DNA of 64,000 bases, taken from assembly GCA_023267215.1 (NCBI GenBank), contig JAHFNS010000001.1:22043-86042 (forward strand), given 5' to 3'. The first letter of the stretch is position 1. The number at the start of each line of letters is the position of its first letter. This stretch comes from Candidatus Nomurabacteria bacterium (GTDB lineage Bacteria; Patescibacteriota; Minisyncoccia; Phycocordibacterales; UBA9973). Under the pieces are notes generated by a model. That model worked only from the letters and a program-made list of their open reading frames with translations. It had not been told where the DNA came from and did not search any database. The translations under genes and the position numbers were made by a program. Positions 63,789 to 64,000 of this stretch are shown here, piece by piece.

Positions 63789-64000
63789 ATGAAAAAGACA
63801 AATAGGGAATTAGAAAGAATAGTGAAGGGGTTTGCAAATCATAGGAGATTACAAGTTTTAGGGCTTTTATATGAAGAACCAGAATTGTCGGTTCAAGAAA
63901 TTTCTGATAAACTAAAGTCAGCATTTAAAAACATATCAGCTCACATAAATAAAATGGCGATTGCTGGATTGGTTATGAAAAGAAATGAGGGAAATATTGT
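63789..64000 (+). CDS. ArsR/SmtB-family HTH transcriptional regulator (3'-truncated by the window end)
   Basis: FANHRRLQVLGLLYEEPELSVQEISDKLKSAFKNISAHINKMAIAGLV is a typical ArsR HTH. Confidence 0.5.
   Translation, partial: MKKTNRELERIVKGFANHRRLQVLGLLYEEPELSVQEISDKLKSAFKNISAHINKMAIAGLVMKRNEGNI

Noticed and set aside
1-64000. CRISPR arrays and rRNA genes
   Set aside because: No regularly spaced direct repeats with unique spacers and no rRNA-like conserved blocks were seen anywhere in the window.

Overview
This window is an AT-rich (about 30-33% GC by eye), gene-dense bacterial chromosomal fragment with short intergenic spacers and many small hypothetical proteins. The style is consistent with a streamlined lineage such as Patescibacteria/CPR, but lineage cannot be proven from sequence alone. 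The left edge (5..~4080) carries the right-hand part of an integrated mobile element: a P4-type primase/NTPase, small cargo ORFs, an Xis-like HTH protein and a large serine recombinase. The recombinase gene is visibly GC-richer than its surroundings and its 3' end overlaps the start of ychF. The rest is mostly housekeeping: ychF, leuS, murJ, lepA, ldh, glycerate kinase, eno, ppsA, valS, tsaD, trxB, ftsZ, ftsA, ybeY, greA, lysS, a partial dcw cluster (mraZ-rsmH-ftsL-ftsI-murF), rmuC, a DnaQ-like exonuclease, obgE, gatB and fba. There is also an ECF sigma factor next to a PAS histidine kinase and two stand-alone receivers, and eight tRNA genes. The most unusual signal is a family of GC-rich palindromic elements in this AT-rich background, resembling Rickettsia palindromic elements or MITEs. 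Several sit in-frame inside essential genes: a 47-bp palindrome in lepA, a 46-bp palindrome in the glycerate kinase gene, a ~116-bp inverted-repeat element in tsaD, and a 55-bp core in leuS that recurs inside a ~106-bp inverted-repeat element upstream of rpsU. Intergenic relatives share the GGGGAATT/AATTCCCC and CCCCAAA(A)G/CTTT(T)GGGG signatures. Other notable items are a YhbQ-like GIY-YIG nuclease gene bracketed by an exact 38-bp duplication of the tRNA-Phe 3' half, a 132-bp MITE-like element with 20-bp perfect terminal inverted repeats and TTAT flanks just upstream of the mraZ operator, GTGGG direct repeats (candidate MraZ boxes) plus a structured leader before mraZ, and a small island of hypothetical genes 3' of tRNA-Cys. 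No rRNA genes or CRISPR arrays were seen.
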